Of a stretch of 64,000 nt of DNA, positions 37,917-48,539 are shown in pieces; position 1 is the stretch's first letter; the number at the start of each line of letters is the position of its first letter. Made by a program: the position numbers and the translations under genes. This DNA comes from Polyangiales bacterium (GTDB lineage Bacteria; Myxococcota_A; Polyangia; Polyangiales; Polyangiaceae). Under the pieces are notes generated by a model. The model did not search any database, was not told the DNA's origin, and was given only the letters and a program-made list of their open reading frames with translations. Location of the stretch: NCBI GenBank assembly GCA_038231275.1, contig JBBRLQ010000007.1, positions 64,001-128,000 on the forward strand, written 5' to 3'.

Positions 37917-39671
37917 TCAGAACTCCGCAGGGTCGGTGTACGTGCCGTACACGCCGCGCAGCACGTCGCAGATCTCCTGCTGGGTGCAGTAGGCCTTCGC
38001 GGCCAGGATGATCGGCGGCATCAAGTTCTCCTTCGAGGCCGCCGCCACGCGCACCGCTTCGAGGCACGCCTTCGCCTTCGCGGCGTCGCGCGTCTCCTTC
38101 ACGCGCTTCAGGTTGTCGACCTGCTGCTTCTGCACCGCGTCGTCGATCTTGAGGAGCGGGATTTTCGGATCGTTGTCGGTGGCGTACCGGTTCACGCCGA
38201 CCATCACGCGCTCGCCGGCCTCGAGCTGACGCTGGAAGCGATAGGCGCTCGCGGCGATCTCGCGCTGCGGGTAGCCCTTCTCGATCGCCTCGACCATGCC
38301 GCCCATGTCATCGATGCGCTTGATGTACGCCAGCGCCTCGGCCTCGATGCGGTTCGTGAGGTCTTCGATGAACCATGAGCCGCCGAGCGGATCGATCGTG
38401 CCGGCAACGCCGGTCTCCTCGGCGATGATCTGCTGCGTGCGAAGCGCGATCGTGACGCTGTCCTCGGTCGGCAGCGCGTACGTCTCGTCGAGCGAGTTGG
38501 TGTGGAGCGACTGCGTGCCGCCGAGCACCGCGGCGAGCGCTTGGAGCGCGACGCGGACGACGTTGTTGTACGGCTGCTGCGCGGTGAGGCTGACGCCTGC
38601 GGTCTGCGCGTGCGTGCGGAGCTTCATGCTCTCGGCCTTCTTGGCGCCGAAGCGGTCCTTCATCAAGCGCGCCCACATCCGCCGGGCGGCGCGAAATTTG
38701 GCGATTTCTTCGAAGAAATCGTTGTGCACGTCCCAGAAGAACGACAGGCGCGGCGCAAAATCGTCGACCGGGAGGCCGCGCTCGATGCACGACTCCACGT
38801 AGCCGATGCCGTCGGCGATCGTGAACGCCAGCTCCTGCGCCGCCGTCGCTCCGGCCTCGCGAATGTGGTAGCCGCTGATGCTGACCGTGTTCCAGCGAGG
38901 CACTTCCTTGCTGCAGAACTCGATCATGTCGGTGACGATGCGCATCGCGGGCCGCGGCGGCACGAGCCACGCGTGCTGCGCGATGAACTCCTTCAGGCAG
39001 TCGTTCTGCACGGTGCCGCCGATGGTGCTGCGCGGGATGCCGCGGTTGTCGGCGAGCGCGATGTAGAAGCAGAGGAGAACGATCGCCGGACCGTTGATCG
39101 TCATCGACGTCGTCACCTTGTCGAGCGGGATCCCGTCGAACAGGACCTCCATGTCGCGCAACGTGTCGACGGCGACGCCGCACATGCCGACCTCGCCGAG
39201 CGAGCGCGGGCTGTCGGAGTCGTAGCCCATGAGCGTCGGGAAATCGAAGGCGGTCGACAGCCCCGTCTGCCCTTGCGCGAGGAGGTACTTGAACCGCGCG
39301 TTGGTCTGCTCGGGCGCGCCGAAGCCGGCGAACATGCGCATCGTCCAGAGGCGGCTCCGGTACATCGTCGGCTGCACGCCGCGGGTGAACGGGTACTCGC
39401 CCGGGAGGCCGAGATCTTTCATGTAGTCTGCACGGACGTCGGCGGGCGTCAGGACGTCGGGCATGTCCATGTCGCTCCACGTCGCGAAGCGGCTCGCGCG
39501 CGAGGGCATCTTCGCTTCGCTCTTGGCGACCGGTCCGGCGCGCCACGCGGCGGTGGCGGCACGGAGGGCAGCGAGATCGCCGGGGGCCTCGCCGTCGGCG
39601 GACACGTCGTCCGCGTCTTTGCCGTGCGTGATCGAGGGTTTCCGCGAACCCGGGAAGCTGTCGAGCGACAT
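37917..39671 (-). CDS. AdoCbl-dependent acyl-CoA mutase large subunit with isobutyryl-CoA-mutase-type residues
   Basis: [65 protein letters not shown]. No B12-binding domain. Confidence 0.93.
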   Translation of the reverse strand: MSLDSFPGSRKPSITHGKDADDVSADGEAPGDLAALRAATAAWRAGPVAKSEAKMPSRASRFATWSDMDMPDVLTPADVRADYMKDLGLPGEYPFTRGVQPTMYRSRLWTMRMFAGFGAPEQTNARFKYLLAQGQTGLSTAFDFPTLMGYDSDSPRSLGEVGMCGVAVDTLRDMEVLFDGIPLDKVTTSMTINGPAIVLLCFYIALADNRGIPRSTIGGTVQNDCLKEFIAQHAWLVPPRPAMRIVTDMIEFCSKEVPRWNTVSISGYHIREAGATAAQELAFTIADGIGYVESCIERGLPVDDFAPRLSFFWDVHNDFFEEIAKFRAARRMWARLMKDRFGAKKAESMKLRTHAQTAGVSLTAQQPYNNVVRVALQALAAVLGGTQSLHTNSLDETYALPTEDSVTIALRTQQIIAEETGVAGTIDPLGGSWFIEDLTNRIEAEALAYIKRIDDMGGMVEAIEKGYPQREIAASAYRFQRQLEAGERVMVGVNRYATDNDPKIPLLKIDDAVQKQQVDNLKRVKETRDAAKAKACLEAVRVAAASKENLMPPIILAAKAYCTQQEICDVLRGVYGTYTDPAEF

Positions 39672-39690
39672 GCCTCGGAATGTAGCGCAG

Positions 39691-41214
39691 TCAGGGGACG
39701 CGGGCGACGTCCGCTTCCGAGAGCCCGAGCACGGCGCGGACAGCGGCGACGAGGTCCCCGAACGCGAAGGGCTTCTGGAGGAAGGGCGCGCCGTTGGCGA
39801 CGGATCCGTGCCGCACGAGATCGGCCTGCGTGTGGCCCGAGATGTAGAGGACACGGAGCCCGACGCGCGTTGCGCGGAGGTTCTCGTAGAGCGCGCGGCC
39901 GCCGCTCGCGGGGATGTTCACGTCGGTGAGGAGCAGATCAAGGGGGCCCTCGACGCTCGACGCGACGCGGAGCGCCTCCTCTTCGGTCGCGGCCTCCAGG
40001 ACATCGAAGCCGATCGCGGCGAGGGAGCGGCGGCACGCGCGACGGACCGGCGCGGTGTCCTCGACGAGGAGAACGCGCCTCACGCGCCGCACCACGCCTT
40101 CGCCGGCGTCGGACGGCGCGATCGCTTGATCCTCGATCGGGCGTGCCCGCGCCAAGCGCACACGGACGGTCGTGCCACGCCCGACTTCGCTCTCGAGCGC
40201 GACGCTACCGCCGGACCGCTGCGCCACGCCGTAGACGATCGACAGACCGAGCCCCGTCCCCCGCGAGGGGGCTTTGGTGGTGAAGAACGGATCGAACGCG
40301 CGCTCGCGGGTGGCCGCGTCCATGCCCACGCCGGTGTCGGTCACCGCGAGCTCGACGAACTCTCCGGCGTTCGCGAGCCCGAGCTCGGCGGCCATGTTCG
40401 CGTCGGCCTCGAGGTTGGCGGCGGCGATCGTGAGCACACCTCCGTCGGGCATCGCGTCGCGCGCGTTCAGGGCCAAATTCAAGACCAGCTGCTCCATCTG
40501 CATCGCGTCCGCGGCGACCGGGTGAAGATCGCCGGCGATCTCCAATCGGAGCGCGATCGGGTCGGGAATAAGGCGCCGCAGCATCGGTTCGAGACCCCGC
40601 GCGGTCTCTCCGAGATCGACGCTCCCCCGCGGCGCCACCTGCTCTTTGCTCAGGGAGAGGAGCTGGCGCAAGAGCGACGCCGCGTGCGCGCCGGCCTGAC
40701 GGATCTCGTCGACCTCGCGGAGGTGCGGGCTGTCAGGGCCGAGCGCGTCGGCGAGCACCGCGCCGGCCCCCTCGATCGCGGCGACGACGTTGTTGAAGTC
40801 GTGGGCCAGCCCGGCGGCGAGCTGGCCGAGCGCGTCCATCTTCTGCGCGCGGCGGAGCTGATCTTGGAGGCGCGCGCGATGCGTGACGTCCTCTGTGTAG
40901 ATCATCACGGTGTCGGGCGGGTGCGGGACGTAGGTGATCGTGAAGCGCCGCGTCTCGCCGGTCGTGCCGGGCGTGAAGTCGACGTCACGTCGCGTGAAGG
41001 GGCCGTCCTCGAGGCTCCGTGCGAGGTCATCCTCGAGCGCTCGTCCGCGCGCGCCGTAGATCTGCTGCGCGGTCTTGCCGACGAGCCCGGGGATGCGACC
41101 CTGGGTGATCACCGTCGCCGCTTGGTTGTGCTCACGGAGGACGAAGCCGCCGTCCGCGCCGCGCCTCCACGTGTACGCCGGCAGAGGCGCGCGATCGAGG
41201 GGCGAGTCGCGCAC
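39691..41214 (-). CDS. Hybrid sensor histidine kinase (PAS-HisKA-HATPase-REC)
   Basis: AHDFNN H-box, [28 protein letters not shown], receiver LLLTD...LQKPF. Confidence 0.92.
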   Translation of the reverse strand: MRDSPLDRAPLPAYTWRRGADGGFVLREHNQAATVITQGRIPGLVGKTAQQIYGARGRALEDDLARSLEDGPFTRRDVDFTPGTTGETRRFTITYVPHPPDTVMIYTEDVTHRARLQDQLRRAQKMDALGQLAAGLAHDFNNVVAAIEGAGAVLADALGPDSPHLREVDEIRQAGAHAASLLRQLLSLSKEQVAPRGSVDLGETARGLEPMLRRLIPDPIALRLEIAGDLHPVAADAMQMEQLVLNLALNARDAMPDGGVLTIAAANLEADANMAAELGLANAGEFVELAVTDTGVGMDAATRERAFDPFFTTKAPSRGTGLGLSIVYGVAQRSGGSVALESEVGRGTTVRVRLARARPIEDQAIAPSDAGEGVVRRVRRVLLVEDTAPVRRACRRSLAAIGFDVLEAATEEEALRVASSVEGPLDLLLTDVNIPASGGRALYENLRATRVGLRVLYISGHTQADLVRHGSVANGAPFLQKPFAFGDLVAAVRAVLGLSEADVARVP

Positions 41215-41227
41215 GGACGCGAGACTC

Positions 41228-41962
41228 TCAGTCTTTCGCGCTGGCCGGCTTGGCGGCGGCGCTCTCGGCCGCAGCGCGATCCGCCTCGCGGTACGCCTTC
41301 AGCGCACGGAGCCGGCTCCGGATGAACCACACCGCGGCCAGCACGATGACGATCCCGATGACGAGATCGAACTTGTGCATGAAGGCTTTGAGCGGGCTCG
41401 ACTCCTTCGTGAGCTCGACGCCGAGGTACTGCCCGACGTAGCCGAGCCCGTAGCACCAGGGCAGGGAGCCCGCGAACGTGTAGACGTGGAACTTGGTGCG
41501 GTTCATCCGCGCGACGCCAGCCGGGAACGCGATGAACGTGCGGACGACGGGCAGAAGACGCGCGATGAAGATGATCGCCTCGCCGCGCTTCTCGAACCAT
41601 TTGTCCGCGATGGCGAGCTCGTGCTTGCTCATCAGGATGTAGCGGCCGTACTTCTCGATGGCTTTGCGCCCGCCCTTCGCGCCGACCCAGTAGGCGACCT
41701 CGCTGCCGAGGTTGCACCCGATGGCGCCGGCGAAGGCGGCCCAGAAGAGCGAGAACTGCGGCAGCGCGATGTGGAACTGCGCGGCGAGCTCGGCGTTCGT
41801 CTTCGGATCGGTCATCGCGCCGGCGTACGGCATGATGAGCTCGCTCGGCAGCGGGATGCAGGCGCTCTCGATCCCCATGAGGAGCGCGATGCCCGCATAG
41901 CCGAGGGTCCCCATGACGAGGACGCAGAAGCCGCCGAGCACCGCGAAGATGGCTTTGACCAT
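41228..41962 (-). CDS. DedA family membrane protein
   Basis: IESACIPLPSELIMPYAG, ARLLPVVRTFIAFPAG. Confidence 0.92.
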   Translation of the reverse strand: MVKAIFAVLGGFCVLVMGTLGYAGIALLMGIESACIPLPSELIMPYAGAMTDPKTNAELAAQFHIALPQFSLFWAAFAGAIGCNLGSEVAYWVGAKGGRKAIEKYGRYILMSKHELAIADKWFEKRGEAIIFIARLLPVVRTFIAFPAGVARMNRTKFHVYTFAGSLPWCYGLGYVGQYLGVELTKESSPLKAFMHKFDLVIGIVIVLAAVWFIRSRLRALKAYREADRAAAESAAAKPASAKD

Positions 41963-42026
41963 GGGGGCGCCTTCTTACCGCGCGGCGCGCCGCCGTGCAA
42001 AGCTCTCGTTGCGCGGGTCTAGCGGG

Positions 42027-42965
42027 CTACCGTCGCGGAATGACACCCGGGGCGGTGGGCTCTTCTGCGAAGCCCAGCGCACCGTCGTCGTCGTCGCTCG
42101 CGTTTGCTTTGTCGCCCTTGCCGCCCTTGGCAGCCACGGCAGGCTTCGGCGGGCTCGAGACCGGCTTGTCGTTCTTCGGATCGTCGGTAGCGCCCTCGGG
42201 GGCCTCCTCGATCTTGATGAGGACGACGGTAGCGTTGTCCTCGCCGCCCGACTCGTTCGCCTTCTGGATCAGCTTCTTGCAGGCGTCGCGGATGTCGGCC
42301 GCGGTGGTGATGATCTTCTGGATCTCTTCGTCCGAGACCATGCCGGACAGGCCGTCCGAGCAGAGGATGTACACGTCCCCGAGGACGGGCTCGTCGTGCT
42401 GGAGGTCGACGACGACCTGGTCCTGCATGCCGAGGGCGCGCGTGATGACGTTCTTGGGCAGCTCGCTCCGCTGCTCTTCCGTGAGGTCCGGCATCGCGAG
42501 GAGGTAGTCGTTGATGAGCGAGTGGTCGCGCGTGAGCAGCTGGATGACGCCGCTACGAACGCGGTAGCACCGCGAGTCGCCGACGTGGCCGATGTACATC
42601 CGCTTCTTGCGCGGGCTGAACATGGCGCCGACCACGGTGGTCCCCATGCCGTGGTACTCGCGCGAGCGCGTGCTTCTCTCGAAGATCTGCCGATTTGCGA
42701 CGCGGATGCCGGTGAGGAGGCGGTTCTCTTCTTCCGACAGGTTGGTGTCGAAGTGGAACGGCCAGGTCACGTCGTCGTTCGCCGTCGACTTGAAGAACTC
42801 GCTGATGGTCTCGGTGGCGAGCTTGCTCGCGACATCGCCCGCGCGGTGCCCTCCCATACCGTCGGCGACGACGTACAGGTCGTACTCCTTGAGCACGATG
42901 AACGAGTCTTCGTTGTGCTCTCGTTGGAGCCCTACGTCGCTCAGCCCCGCTGCGATGGCCCGCAT
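42027..42965 (-). CDS. PP2C-type Ser/Thr phosphatase (Stp1 family)
   Basis: DVGLQREHNED, VADGMGGH, MGTT, HVGDSR, LTRDHS, LCSDGL, GGEDN. Confidence 0.95.
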   Translation of the reverse strand: MRAIAAGLSDVGLQREHNEDSFIVLKEYDLYVVADGMGGHRAGDVASKLATETISEFFKSTANDDVTWPFHFDTNLSEEENRLLTGIRVANRQIFERSTRSREYHGMGTTVVGAMFSPRKKRMYIGHVGDSRCYRVRSGVIQLLTRDHSLINDYLLAMPDLTEEQRSELPKNVITRALGMQDQVVVDLQHDEPVLGDVYILCSDGLSGMVSDEEIQKIITTAADIRDACKKLIQKANESGGEDNATVVLIKIEEAPEGATDDPKNDKPVSSPPKPAVAAKGGKGDKANASDDDDGALGFAEEPTAPGVIPRR

Positions 42966-42995
42966 GAACGAACTTGCTCCTCCGGAGAAAGCAAA

Positions 42996-43024
42996 AGGAT
43001 TTCATCCCCCACCAAGGGTGTCAA
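42996..43024 (-). promoter_or_regulatory. Sigma-70-type promoter of the PP2C gene
   Basis: TTGACA-N17-AATCCT (weak -10), followed by SD GGAGGAG. Confidence 0.5.
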
Positions 43025-43102
43025 GGTGTGGGACACCGAGAGCGGAAATTGACGCGGGTGGTGACAGGCCCCGACGGGAGCTCTGACGCGCCTCCCGCCC
43101 GC

Positions 43103-43660
43103 TCAGACTTCGAGAATGTCCTTCTCTTTGTGGGCGATCATCTGGTCGACCGACTTGCCACCGTCGGCGACGAGCTCCTCTGCTTTTTTCTTCGCGCGGT
43201 CGACCTCATCGGCGCTCGCGCCGCCTTCGGAGTCGATGGAGCTCAGCATGTCGAGCGCGTCGTGGCGCGCTTTGCGGATGGTGACCTTGCACTCCTCGCC
43301 GTATTTCTTGGCGATCTTCACGAACTCTTTGCGGCGCTCTTCCGTCAGCGGCGGGAGGGGGATGCGGATGAGATCGCCGTCGAGCTGCGGGTTGAAGCCG
43401 AGGTCGCTCTCGCGGAGGGCCTTTTCGACGGACTTCGCCGCGCTCTTGTCCCACGGCTTCACCGTGAGCAGGCGCGGCTCGGGGACGTTGATGTTCGCCA
43501 TCTGCGAGAGCGGCGTCAGCGTGCCGTAGTAGTCGACCTTCACGCCGTCGAGCAGGTTCGGGTTGGCGCGCCCGGCGCGGAGCTTGGTGAGCTCGCGCTT
43601 CAGCACATCGTGGGCCTTCACGATCGCTCCCTGCAGCTCTTTGTGAACGTCGTCCAGCAT
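43103..43660 (-). CDS. frr: Ribosome recycling factor
   Basis: LRAGRANP, VDYYG, PEPRLLTVKPWD, IPLPPLTEERRKE; 185 aa from ATG 43660. Confidence 0.97.
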   Translation of the reverse strand: MLDDVHKELQGAIVKAHDVLKRELTKLRAGRANPNLLDGVKVDYYGTLTPLSQMANINVPEPRLLTVKPWDKSAAKSVEKALRESDLGFNPQLDGDLIRIPLPPLTEERRKEFVKIAKKYGEECKVTIRKARHDALDMLSSIDSEGGASADEVDRAKKKAEELVADGGKSVDQMIAHKEKDILEV

Positions 43661-43842
43661 CGCCGTGTTCTCCCTTCGGGCGTGCGGAACCTTACAACCG
43701 ATCGCCCGCGAGCTGCCAGCGGGATGGTCCGGGGGCATGAAAATGCAGGAAAATGCGAAAAAAAAGCGGAAATTGGGAAGAATCGGCGGGGCCGCTGGAA
43801 CGTCCATCCCGAGGGGCGTAGGGTTTCGCACCCCGGGGAGCG

Positions 43843-44826
43843 ATGAGCGCGACGGTGTCGTGGAGAGGGCGGTCGTGGAGAGGGCGGCTTCTTGCGGCGT
43901 CGGTGGCGACGGCAGGCGGTCTTTGCCTCGCCGCGGGCGGCGCGCGGCCGGGTGATCTGAAGCCCCCGGTGCTCGATGACGTCGAGCAGATGTGCGCGCT
44001 CTTCGCGTCGTGCGAGGGGGTGCCGATTCCGGCGGGGATGATCCCACAGGATTTCCCGAAGTGCGTGCGCGCGATGAGCGAAGAGCTGGCGAAGCCGAGC
44101 GCTGTCGGCTTCTCGCTGACGATCCGCGAATGCGGTCTGCGCGCCAATACGTGCGCGCAGCTCCGGACGTGCGCGCTCCGCGGGGCCAAGCCGGACGCGT
44201 GCGTAGGGCGAGGGGGTCAGGGGGTCGCGGGGTTCTGCGACGCCGACGGGCGCGCGCTGTCGTGCTCCAAGGACAAGGTGCTCGCGGTGCGCGACTGCCC
44301 GCGCGGTGGCGAGCAATGCGCGGTGAGGAGCGGCGAAGCCTACTGCGCGCTGGGGCCGTGCCCCGCCGAGATCCAAGAAGGCGCGGCGCCGGTGTGCTCG
44401 GGCTCCGGCACGCGAATCCTGCGCTGCGAGAAGGGGAAGCTCGTCAGCCTCGACTGCGCGGCGTTCGGCCTGAAGTGCGTCCACGCGGACGGCGCGGCAG
44501 CCTGCGCGCCCGACACCACCGTGTGTACGAACGGCGCAGCGAGCTGTGACGGAGAGGTCGCCATTGGGTGTCACCACGGCCACCAGGTCCGAATCGACTG
44601 CGCGGCCGGCGGCCTCGTGTGCGGCGGCGCGGCGAGCGTCCCAGTCGGCGCGTGCGCGATGCCGGCGCCCGAGAAGGGGGAGAAATGCGATCCCGCCGCC
44701 CCCGCGCGGTGCGAAGGCTCCACCCTCAAGTACTGCGCGGCCGGCCGCCCGCGCAGCTACCCGTGCAAGGCGGTGGGCTTCAACCGCTGCGTGAGCGACG
44801 CCAAGGGAGCGCGCTGCGCGGGGTAA
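43843..44826 (+). CDS. Secreted Cys-rich repeat protein
   Basis: Hydrophobic leader and many C-x-G...DC...C units. Start uncertain. Confidence 0.7.
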   Translation: MSATVSWRGRSWRGRLLAASVATAGGLCLAAGGARPGDLKPPVLDDVEQMCALFASCEGVPIPAGMIPQDFPKCVRAMSEELAKPSAVGFSLTIRECGLRANTCAQLRTCALRGAKPDACVGRGGQGVAGFCDADGRALSCSKDKVLAVRDCPRGGEQCAVRSGEAYCALGPCPAEIQEGAAPVCSGSGTRILRCEKGKLVSLDCAAFGLKCVHADGAAACAPDTTVCTNGAASCDGEVAIGCHHGHQVRIDCAAGGLVCGGAASVPVGACAMPAPEKGEKCDPAAPARCEGSTLKYCAAGRPRSYPCKAVGFNRCVSDAKGARCAG

Positions 44827-44849
44827 GCGGGTCGTGGTAAGACCACGCG

Positions 44850-46532
44850 GTGGCGCGGTCCCTCGGTCGTCTCCTGGTAGTGGTGGGTTTGCTCGCAGCG
44901 ACGGTCGCGACGGCGCCTGGCTGCACGTGCAACAAGAGCGAGGTGTCGGTGGACGACGCGGCGGCGTTCGGCGGCGTCGTCGTGGAGGCGCCGGTGGCTG
45001 CGCCCGATGGGCTCCTCGCGGACGTCTTCGTCGCGACGCCGAACGCGAGCTGGCAGCGCGTGCAGCGTGGCGTCGGCGGGACGCTGGGAATTCTCCCGTC
45101 GACGCTCGGCAGCTTGACGTGCGCGCTCGCGGGCCTCGATCCCAGCCTCGGCGCGGAAATCGACGGTGCCGCGCTCGCGACCGGCGCGATCGCCGACGAT
45201 CCGAAGGATCTGGCGTGGGCCCTCGCGATGAAGATCGCAGAGCCGCGTCGCGCGCGGGACGTGCTCTTCGAGAGCGAGACGGCGCGCTATTCCCCGCGCC
45301 CGATCGCGGGCGGAGGGATGCTGCTCCTCGCGCCCAAGGGAGGTGGTCGCCTGTCCCTCGCCGTGGCGCTGGCCCCTGGCGGATATCTGGTGATCGCGCG
45401 AAATGAAGACGATCTGAGCCGCCTCGGACCCTACGCGTACCGGACGGTGCCGACCAAGCCGGTGCCGGAAGGCGGCGCGCTCGTCCTCGACGCGCCCACC
45501 ACGGCGCTCAAGGGTCCGCTGCGCGCGCGCGTGTCGTCGCTGTGGGACGCGGCGCGCGGCGATCTCGCCAAGAAGGACGACGCCGCGCGCGCCGCGCATG
45601 GTGGCCGCGCGCCCGACTACGGCGATCCGCGCGCCGTCCTCGCGCTCCTCGACGGCGCGATGCAGAGCCGGCTCGCCATGCTCGGCGATCTCTCCCGCGC
45701 GCGCGTCGTCGTCGACGTCCGCGAGACGAGCCTGCGCGCCGATCTCGTGGTCACGCCGGGCGCCGCCGACGGCCCTTCGAGCGCCGCGTTCTCGAGCATG
45801 CACCCCGGCGACGCGGCGCCGCTCCTCGAGGCGAACGACTCGCCGCTCGCGGTGCTCTTCCGCGACGACGCAGGCGGACGCGCCCAGACGGCGGCGGACG
45901 TGGAGGACGCTGTGAAGAAGGCGCTCGGCGAGCGGCTCGCGGAGCCCGAGGCCAAGCGCCTCCACGGGGCGATCGACGGCTGGACGAAGGCGCGCGGCGA
46001 CTGGACGACTCTGGGCCTCATCGGCACCGACGGCCTCTTCGTCCGTACGCCGGCGACGAACGGCGACGCCGCCGATCACGCGATCCGCGAGTTTCTTTCG
46101 CTCGTCAGCGTCGCACCGCTCAAGCAAGGCCTTCGGATCCACGACGTCACCGTCGGCGCCGGAACCGCGCAAGTCGTCTACGGCGATCCGCCGGCGAAGG
46201 GTGCGCAGCCCAAGAAGGCGAACGTCGCATGGGGCGCCAAGGGCGGGGAGATCGGGGTCACCGTGACGACGCTGACGCCGCCGACGTCCGCCACGCCGCA
46301 GACGAAGAAGATCGGAGAGGACCCCGTCATCGCGTCCCTCGTGCGTGCCCTCGACGCGACGGTGACGTTCGCGGCGGTGGTCCAGCCCCTCAAGCTCGAT
46401 CCGGCGCGCGCCAACGCCGCGGCGGCGCCGGCGATCGTCGCGTGGGGCAAGAGGGCGAAGGGCGCGTACCTCCGCGTCGAGGCGAGCGACGTGCTCGCGC
46501 GTGAGCTCCTCAAGATGCGCTCGGGGTTCTGA
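44850..46532 (+). CDS. Hypothetical lipoprotein
   Basis: Signal ending APGC, 560-aa ORF with strong GC3 bias. Confidence 0.7.
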   Translation: MARSLGRLLVVVGLLAATVATAPGCTCNKSEVSVDDAAAFGGVVVEAPVAAPDGLLADVFVATPNASWQRVQRGVGGTLGILPSTLGSLTCALAGLDPSLGAEIDGAALATGAIADDPKDLAWALAMKIAEPRRARDVLFESETARYSPRPIAGGGMLLLAPKGGGRLSLAVALAPGGYLVIARNEDDLSRLGPYAYRTVPTKPVPEGGALVLDAPTTALKGPLRARVSSLWDAARGDLAKKDDAARAAHGGRAPDYGDPRAVLALLDGAMQSRLAMLGDLSRARVVVDVRETSLRADLVVTPGAADGPSSAAFSSMHPGDAAPLLEANDSPLAVLFRDDAGGRAQTAADVEDAVKKALGERLAEPEAKRLHGAIDGWTKARGDWTTLGLIGTDGLFVRTPATNGDAADHAIREFLSLVSVAPLKQGLRIHDVTVGAGTAQVVYGDPPAKGAQPKKANVAWGAKGGEIGVTVTTLTPPTSATPQTKKIGEDPVIASLVRALDATVTFAAVVQPLKLDPARANAAAAPAIVAWGKRAKGAYLRVEASDVLARELLKMRSGF

Positions 46533-46534
46533 CG

Positions 46535-47347
46535 ATGGATCTGGCGTTCCTCGCCATCCCGCTCTTCCAGCGCGCGCTCGCAGCGGGCAGTGTGCTCGCG
46601 GCGCTGCTCGCGCTTCTCGGCGTCCTCGTCACCGCCCGCGGTCTCGCGTATTTGGGGGATGGGCTGTCGCACGCGGCGTTCGGCGGGATCGCGCTCGGCA
46701 TGTTCATGGGGCTGGCGTCGCCGCTCGTCGTCGCGATCCCGTTCACGGCGCTTGCGGCGATCGGGATCGGCGCGCTGCGGCGCAAAGGGGGCATGCGCTC
46801 CGACGTCGCGATGGCGACGCTCTTCGCGGTCTGCTTCGCGTTCGGCGCCGTGCTCCTGCGCCGCGCGACGCGCACCGAGCAGACGTTCGATCCCGAGCAG
46901 CTCCTGTTCGGCAACATCGTCCTCGTCGGCTCCGACGAACTCTACCTGGTGCTCGGCATCGCCGCCGTTACGCTCGTCTTCTTCGTGCTCGCGTGGACGC
47001 GCATCGCGTATGCGACGTTCGACGAGGAGCTCGCGCGTCTCTCCGGCATCGAGGTCGGGTGGCTCGAGAGCGCGCTCCTGGCGCTGCTCGCGGCGGTCGT
47101 TGTCGCGGCGATTCGCCTGGCGGGGGTCGTGCTCGTCAGCGCGTTCCTCGTCATCCCCGCCGCGACGGGGCGCGTGATGGGACGGACGCTGGCGAGCGTC
47201 GTCGCGTGGGCGATGGGCTTCGGCGTCATCGGCGTGCTCCTCGGCTTCGTCGTCGCGCGAAGGCTCGACTGGCCGGAGGGCGCCACCATCGTCCTCGTCC
47301 TCGCGGCGCAGCTGTCGATCGTCGGCCTCGCGCGGCGACGGCATTGA
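46535..47347 (+). CDS. Metal (Zn/Mn) ABC transporter permease, ZnuB-like
   Basis: FQRAL, YLGDGLSHAAFGGIA, LLFGNI, TFDEELA, LVIPAA. Confidence 0.9.
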   Translation: MDLAFLAIPLFQRALAAGSVLAALLALLGVLVTARGLAYLGDGLSHAAFGGIALGMFMGLASPLVVAIPFTALAAIGIGALRRKGGMRSDVAMATLFAVCFAFGAVLLRRATRTEQTFDPEQLLFGNIVLVGSDELYLVLGIAAVTLVFFVLAWTRIAYATFDEELARLSGIEVGWLESALLALLAAVVVAAIRLAGVVLVSAFLVIPAATGRVMGRTLASVVAWAMGFGVIGVLLGFVVARRLDWPEGATIVLVLAAQLSIVGLARRRH

Positions 47348-47414
47348 GCCGGGGCCCGGTGCCCGCGTCGTTTGCCGGTTCCGATCGGACGACTTCTGCT
47401 CTACACCGGTCCCG

Positions 47415-48533
47415 ATGCCTCGCGCCGGCTACGACGACGTCGTCCTCCTGACGGGGTACCCCTCCTTCAGCGCGCGCAAGATGTGCGAGGAGCTGCTGCG
47501 CGGACCGGAGCGCACGCTCGTTCACGCGGTGGTGCGGGCGAAGTTCGCGGCCGAGGCCCAGAGCGCGAAGGACGAGCTCCCCTTGGATGCACGGCAGCGT
47601 GTGAATCTGATCGACGGCGACGCGGCGTCGATGGACCTCGGCCTCAGCGGCGCCGAGTTTCGGGCGATGGCGCGGGAGGTGGATCGCATCCACCACGTCG
47701 CGCACGTCTCGTACATGGGCGTCGACCGCGCGACCGCCGAGCACGTCAACGTCGGCGGCACGCGCGAGATCCTCGAGCTCGGCGCGGCGTGCGCGTCGCT
47801 CAAGTGCCTCGTGATGCACTCGACGTCGCACGTCGCCGGCGATCGCGAGGGCGTCGTACGGGAGGACGAGCTCGCCGCCGGCCAAGCCTTCCGCAACGTC
47901 GTGGAGGAGACGAAGGCCCGCGCCGAGAAGCTCGTCCGCGCCAAGATGAGCAAAATGCCCATCTGCGTCCTCCGCCCCACGATGGTCGTCGGCGACTCGC
48001 GCACCGGGGAGGTCGATCGCTTCGACGGCCCCTACCTCCTCATCCTCCTCATCGTCACGTCGCCCGCCGATTTTGCCTTCCCGCTTCTCGGCCGCGGCGA
48101 CGCGCTCCTGCACCTCGTCCCGATCGACTTCGTCGTCCAGGCGGCCCGCGTTCTCGGCAGGCACCCGAAGGCCCCCGGTCGCACGTTCCACATCGCAGAT
48201 CCGACGGCGCTCACGGTGCGGCGCTGCTTCGAGCTCGTCGCCAAGGCCGGTGGGCGTCGCATGCCGCGCGGCTTCATTCCGGCCAACCTGACCAAGGCGC
48301 TCCTCCGCACGCCGGGCATCGATCGCTTCGCCAAGAGCCCTCGCGCGCTCCTCGATGCCATCGCCACGCCCGTTCGCTACGCGACCCACAACGCCGACGA
48401 GCTCCTCGCGGACTCCGGCGTCGTGTGCCCTCCGTTCGAAGAGTATGTCGATCGCCTCGTTGAGTACGTTCAAGTCCGCCTTCGCGAGAAGCGCGCGCGA
48501 CGCGACGCCGATGTCGCCGATCCGTTGAGTTGA
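47415..48533 (+). CDS. Extended SDR / thioester-reductase-like (NAD_binding_4) protein with atypical motifs
   Basis: LLTGYPSF, HHVAH, NVGGT, STSHVAG, EETKARAE, RPTMVVGDS, LVPIDFV. Confidence 0.8.
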   Translation: MPRAGYDDVVLLTGYPSFSARKMCEELLRGPERTLVHAVVRAKFAAEAQSAKDELPLDARQRVNLIDGDAASMDLGLSGAEFRAMAREVDRIHHVAHVSYMGVDRATAEHVNVGGTREILELGAACASLKCLVMHSTSHVAGDREGVVREDELAAGQAFRNVVEETKARAEKLVRAKMSKMPICVLRPTMVVGDSRTGEVDRFDGPYLLILLIVTSPADFAFPLLGRGDALLHLVPIDFVVQAARVLGRHPKAPGRTFHIADPTALTVRRCFELVAKAGGRRMPRGFIPANLTKALLRTPGIDRFAKSPRALLDAIATPVRYATHNADELLADSGVVCPPFEEYVDRLVEYVQVRLREKRARRDADVADPLS

Positions 48534-48539
48534 GCCGCG

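Noticed and set aside
39672-39690. Cobalamin riboswitch upstream of the B12-dependent mutase
   Set aside because: The intergenic gap is only 19 nt and contains a -10-like hexamer, leaving no room for a riboswitch.
43857-43886. Perfect 15-bp direct repeat GTCGTGGAGAGGGCG x2
   Set aside because: An adjacent in-frame duplication (SWRGR twice) with nothing inserted between the copies, so no evidence of a target-site duplication.
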